From the IMG/VR virus record IMGVR_UViG_3300029448_000007: a stretch of DNA of 28,102 nt; one strand, written 5' to 3'. Of this stretch, positions 26,992 to 28,102 are shown piece by piece. A model generated the notes under the pieces. That model did not search any database, had not been told where the DNA came from, and was given only the letters and a program-made list of their open reading frames with translations. Origin of the DNA: an uncultured virus (IMG/VR IMGVR_UViG_3300029448_000007). Taxonomy: Duplodnaviria > Heunggongvirae > Uroviricota > Caudoviricetes > Crassvirales. Made by a program: the position numbers and the translations under genes. Position 1 is the stretch's first letter; every line of letters starts with the position of its first letter.

Positions 26992-27366
26992 TTAGTGGCA
27001 ATTTTACTCACCACTCCGAAAGACATCAGCGTTGAAATATTTAGCCAAGTTCTCAACCTCTTGCTTAAATTCTGTTTCATCACGCATTGTCTTGCATAAC
27101 AATATTTCTACAACTCCATCTACTTTTTTGCTCAAACAATAAGCAAGAGCATTTTTATCGTAAGTGTCAACGCCCATTGCATAATACGGCTGTTTAATGA
27201 TAGCTTTATCCAACAGAGATTTGTCGAATAAAAAACTGCCACTAACATCGGCTATAAAATCATTGCCGTTTTTGTGCTTACCAGAAGTTTCGTTCTCTTT
27301 ACTCATTTTGTTTCTAATTTGAAAGTTATAGCGTTTTAATCGGCAACGCTTCATAGCCGTGATACG
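26992..27366 (+). mobile_element. Integron-like gene cassette 1 (gene antisense to attC)
   Basis: Starts G/TTAGTGGCA (26991-27000). Perfect inverse core TGCCACTAAC (27237-27246) opens the attC-like hairpin ending at GTT 27366. Confidence 0.75.
27004..27306 (-). CDS. Cassette-borne hypothetical protein (100 aa)
   Basis: Probable start MSKENET at 27306, inside the hairpin loop. Reads FIADVSGS across the left arm. Confidence 0.65.
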   Translation of the reverse strand: MSKENETSGKHKNGNDFIADVSGSFLFDKSLLDKAIIKQPYYAMGVDTYDKNALAYCLSKKVDGVVEILLCKTMRDETEFKQEVENLAKYFNADVFRSGE

Positions 27367-27372
27367 TTATCT
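27240..27372 (+). other. attC-like recombination site A
   Basis: cactAAC-at-CGGCTAT-aaaat-cattgccg ... cggcaacg-cttc-ATAGCCG-tgatac-GTTatct. Confidence 0.75.
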
Positions 27373-27643
27373 ACAAGTTTTTTGTAGACTCTACTTTATC
27401 ACGAACAGCGTTGATATAGGCTTTGCCATAATTTCTAAAATCACCTGTCTTTCCTTTTTTCATAAGTTTATCTACGTGTTGGGTTTCTAATCCTTCAAGC
27501 AAAGCCCTTAACTTTCGTTTATAACTATTTCTTGCTGGGTATAAAAACCAGTAGATAACACGGGCTATAAAGCCATTTTTTGAATCTTTCTGCATAATAT
27601 TAATATTTTAGGTTTATAAAAACAGGCTCATAGCCCAGCTACG
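27367..27643 (+). mobile_element. Integron-like gene cassette 2
   Basis: Starts G/TTATCTAC (27366-27374). Perfect inverse core GTAGATAAC (27551-27559). Confidence 0.75.
27371..27595 (-). CDS. Cassette-borne hypothetical protein (74 aa)
   Basis: ATG inside the hairpin loop. Reads FIARVIY across the left arm. Stop lies in the core site. Confidence 0.65.
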   Translation of the reverse strand: MQKDSKNGFIARVIYWFLYPARNSYKRKLRALLEGLETQHVDKLMKKGKTGDFRNYGKAYINAVRDKVESTKNL

Positions 27644-27649
27644 TTAGGC
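27553..27649 (+). other. attC-like recombination site B
   Basis: agatAAC-ac-GGGCTAT-aa-agcc ... ggct-c-ATAGCCC-agctac-GTTAGGC (canonical GTTRRRY). Confidence 0.75.
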
Positions 27650-27973
27650 TTCATTACCGAGACGCATTATATCATCAAGTTTTTCTGATAATTCGTTCCT
27701 TGTTTGTTCTGCATGAGTGTATCTACGTACTCCATACAAATGCATCATATATTTTACTTCTTCGATAAATTCAAGCAAAGAAACGTTAACATCGGCTAAA
27801 ACGAAATTATTATTTACTTTAATCCTGCGTTCCATTTCTTGCCTTGCTTCTACATAAGCATCGTGCATATTTTTACTTCTTGGGTTGTTTAATGCTCGGC
27901 TGTGCAGTTGGCACACTAACTCAAGCAAGTCAAGAGTATTTCTTTCTTCAACTGGTTTTAGTTCTGTATTCAT
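27644..27973 (-). CDS. Cassette-borne hypothetical protein (109 aa)
   Basis: ATG inside the hairpin loop. Reads VLADVNVS across the left arm. TAA overlaps the core site. Confidence 0.65.
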   Translation of the reverse strand: MNTELKPVEERNTLDLLELVCQLHSRALNNPRSKNMHDAYVEARQEMERRIKVNNNFVLADVNVSLLEFIEEVKYMMHLYGVRRYTHAEQTRNELSEKLDDIMRLGNEA

Positions 27974-28023
27974 ATTTATTGTTTTTAATTCGTAAATAAT
28001 AACTATCGTTTAGCCGTGTTCCG
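27644..28023 (+). mobile_element. Integron-like gene cassette 3
   Basis: Runs from core G/TTAGGC to GTT at 28023. The inverse core (cgttaac) is only partly complementary. Confidence 0.6.
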
Positions 28024-28029
28024 TTGTTC
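27784..28029 (+). other. attC-like recombination site C (unusually long loop)
   Basis: cgttAAC-at-CGGCTAA-a-acga-aa-ttattatttac ... gtaaataataa-cta-tcgt-TTAGCCG-tgttcc-GTTgttc. Confidence 0.65.
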
Positions 28030-28102
28030 GCAATTAAGGCAGGTTCAATTCCGAAACAGGACAAAAGTGAGTTGGGTAAAAATCAAATTCAGTTCCACTT
28101 AC

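Larger units (their letters stand above)
24705..26993. repeat. Ten dispersed copies of CATCTCTCTTTGGTGTT(AGCNGGT-GTT) (minus strand AACACCAAAGAGAGATG) at gene junctions; candidate attI-like sites
   Basis: Copies start at 24705, 25088, 25297, 25524, 25847, 26002, 26402, 26659 (TAA variant), 26827 (degenerate) and 26967. Nine copies contain the ATG of the next minus-strand ORF. Confidence 0.92.

Noticed and set aside
24705..26993. Repeats as a CRISPR array
   Set aside because: Spacing is irregular (about 140-400 bp), the repeats are degenerate, and the intervals are intact ORFs.
27240..28029. Hairpins as rho-independent terminators or tRNAs
   Set aside because: The loops are long, there are no adjacent U-tracts or cloverleaf, and the core/inverse-core pairing is better explained by cassette insertion.
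1..28102. Stop-codon reassignment as in some crAss-like phages
   Set aside because: Genes are full-length and tile densely under the standard code. TAA, TAG and TGA all act as stops.
1..28102. Integrase/tyrosine recombinase gene for the cassette array
   Set aside because: No ORF in the window shows a recognisable R...HxxR...Y tyrosine-recombinase signature, so the enzyme must lie elsewhere or come from the host.

Overview
AT-rich segment of a tailed-phage genome with a crAss-like (Crassvirales-type) gene repertoire, probably infecting Bacteroidota and read in the standard code. Positions 1-4517 (+) are the 3' part of a very large virion/cargo-type protein with a zincin HEFAH motif, ending at a hairpin terminator. 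The rest is one tightly overlapping minus-strand block. It holds a replication module (PolB, SF2 helicase, DnaB-like helicase, primase, Sak4-like ATPase, SSB-like protein, UDG-like protein, HNH, two PD-(D/E)XK nucleases, two MazG-like proteins) and a phiEco32-like amide/peptide-ligation cluster (GGCT, ATP-grasp, two COOH-NH2 ligases, class II GATase, plus an apparently inactive class I GATase). The most notable feature is at ~24.7-28.1 kb, where an array of small genes is organised like integron cassettes. Three attC-like hairpins with conserved geometry each carry the start codon of an antisense gene in their loop, and two cassettes show perfect core/inverse-core complementarity. Ten copies of a short repeat supply the start codon and often an NTKER C-terminus, and several sit at a fixed distance from a GTT core site, like repeated attI sites. 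No integrase is present in the window.
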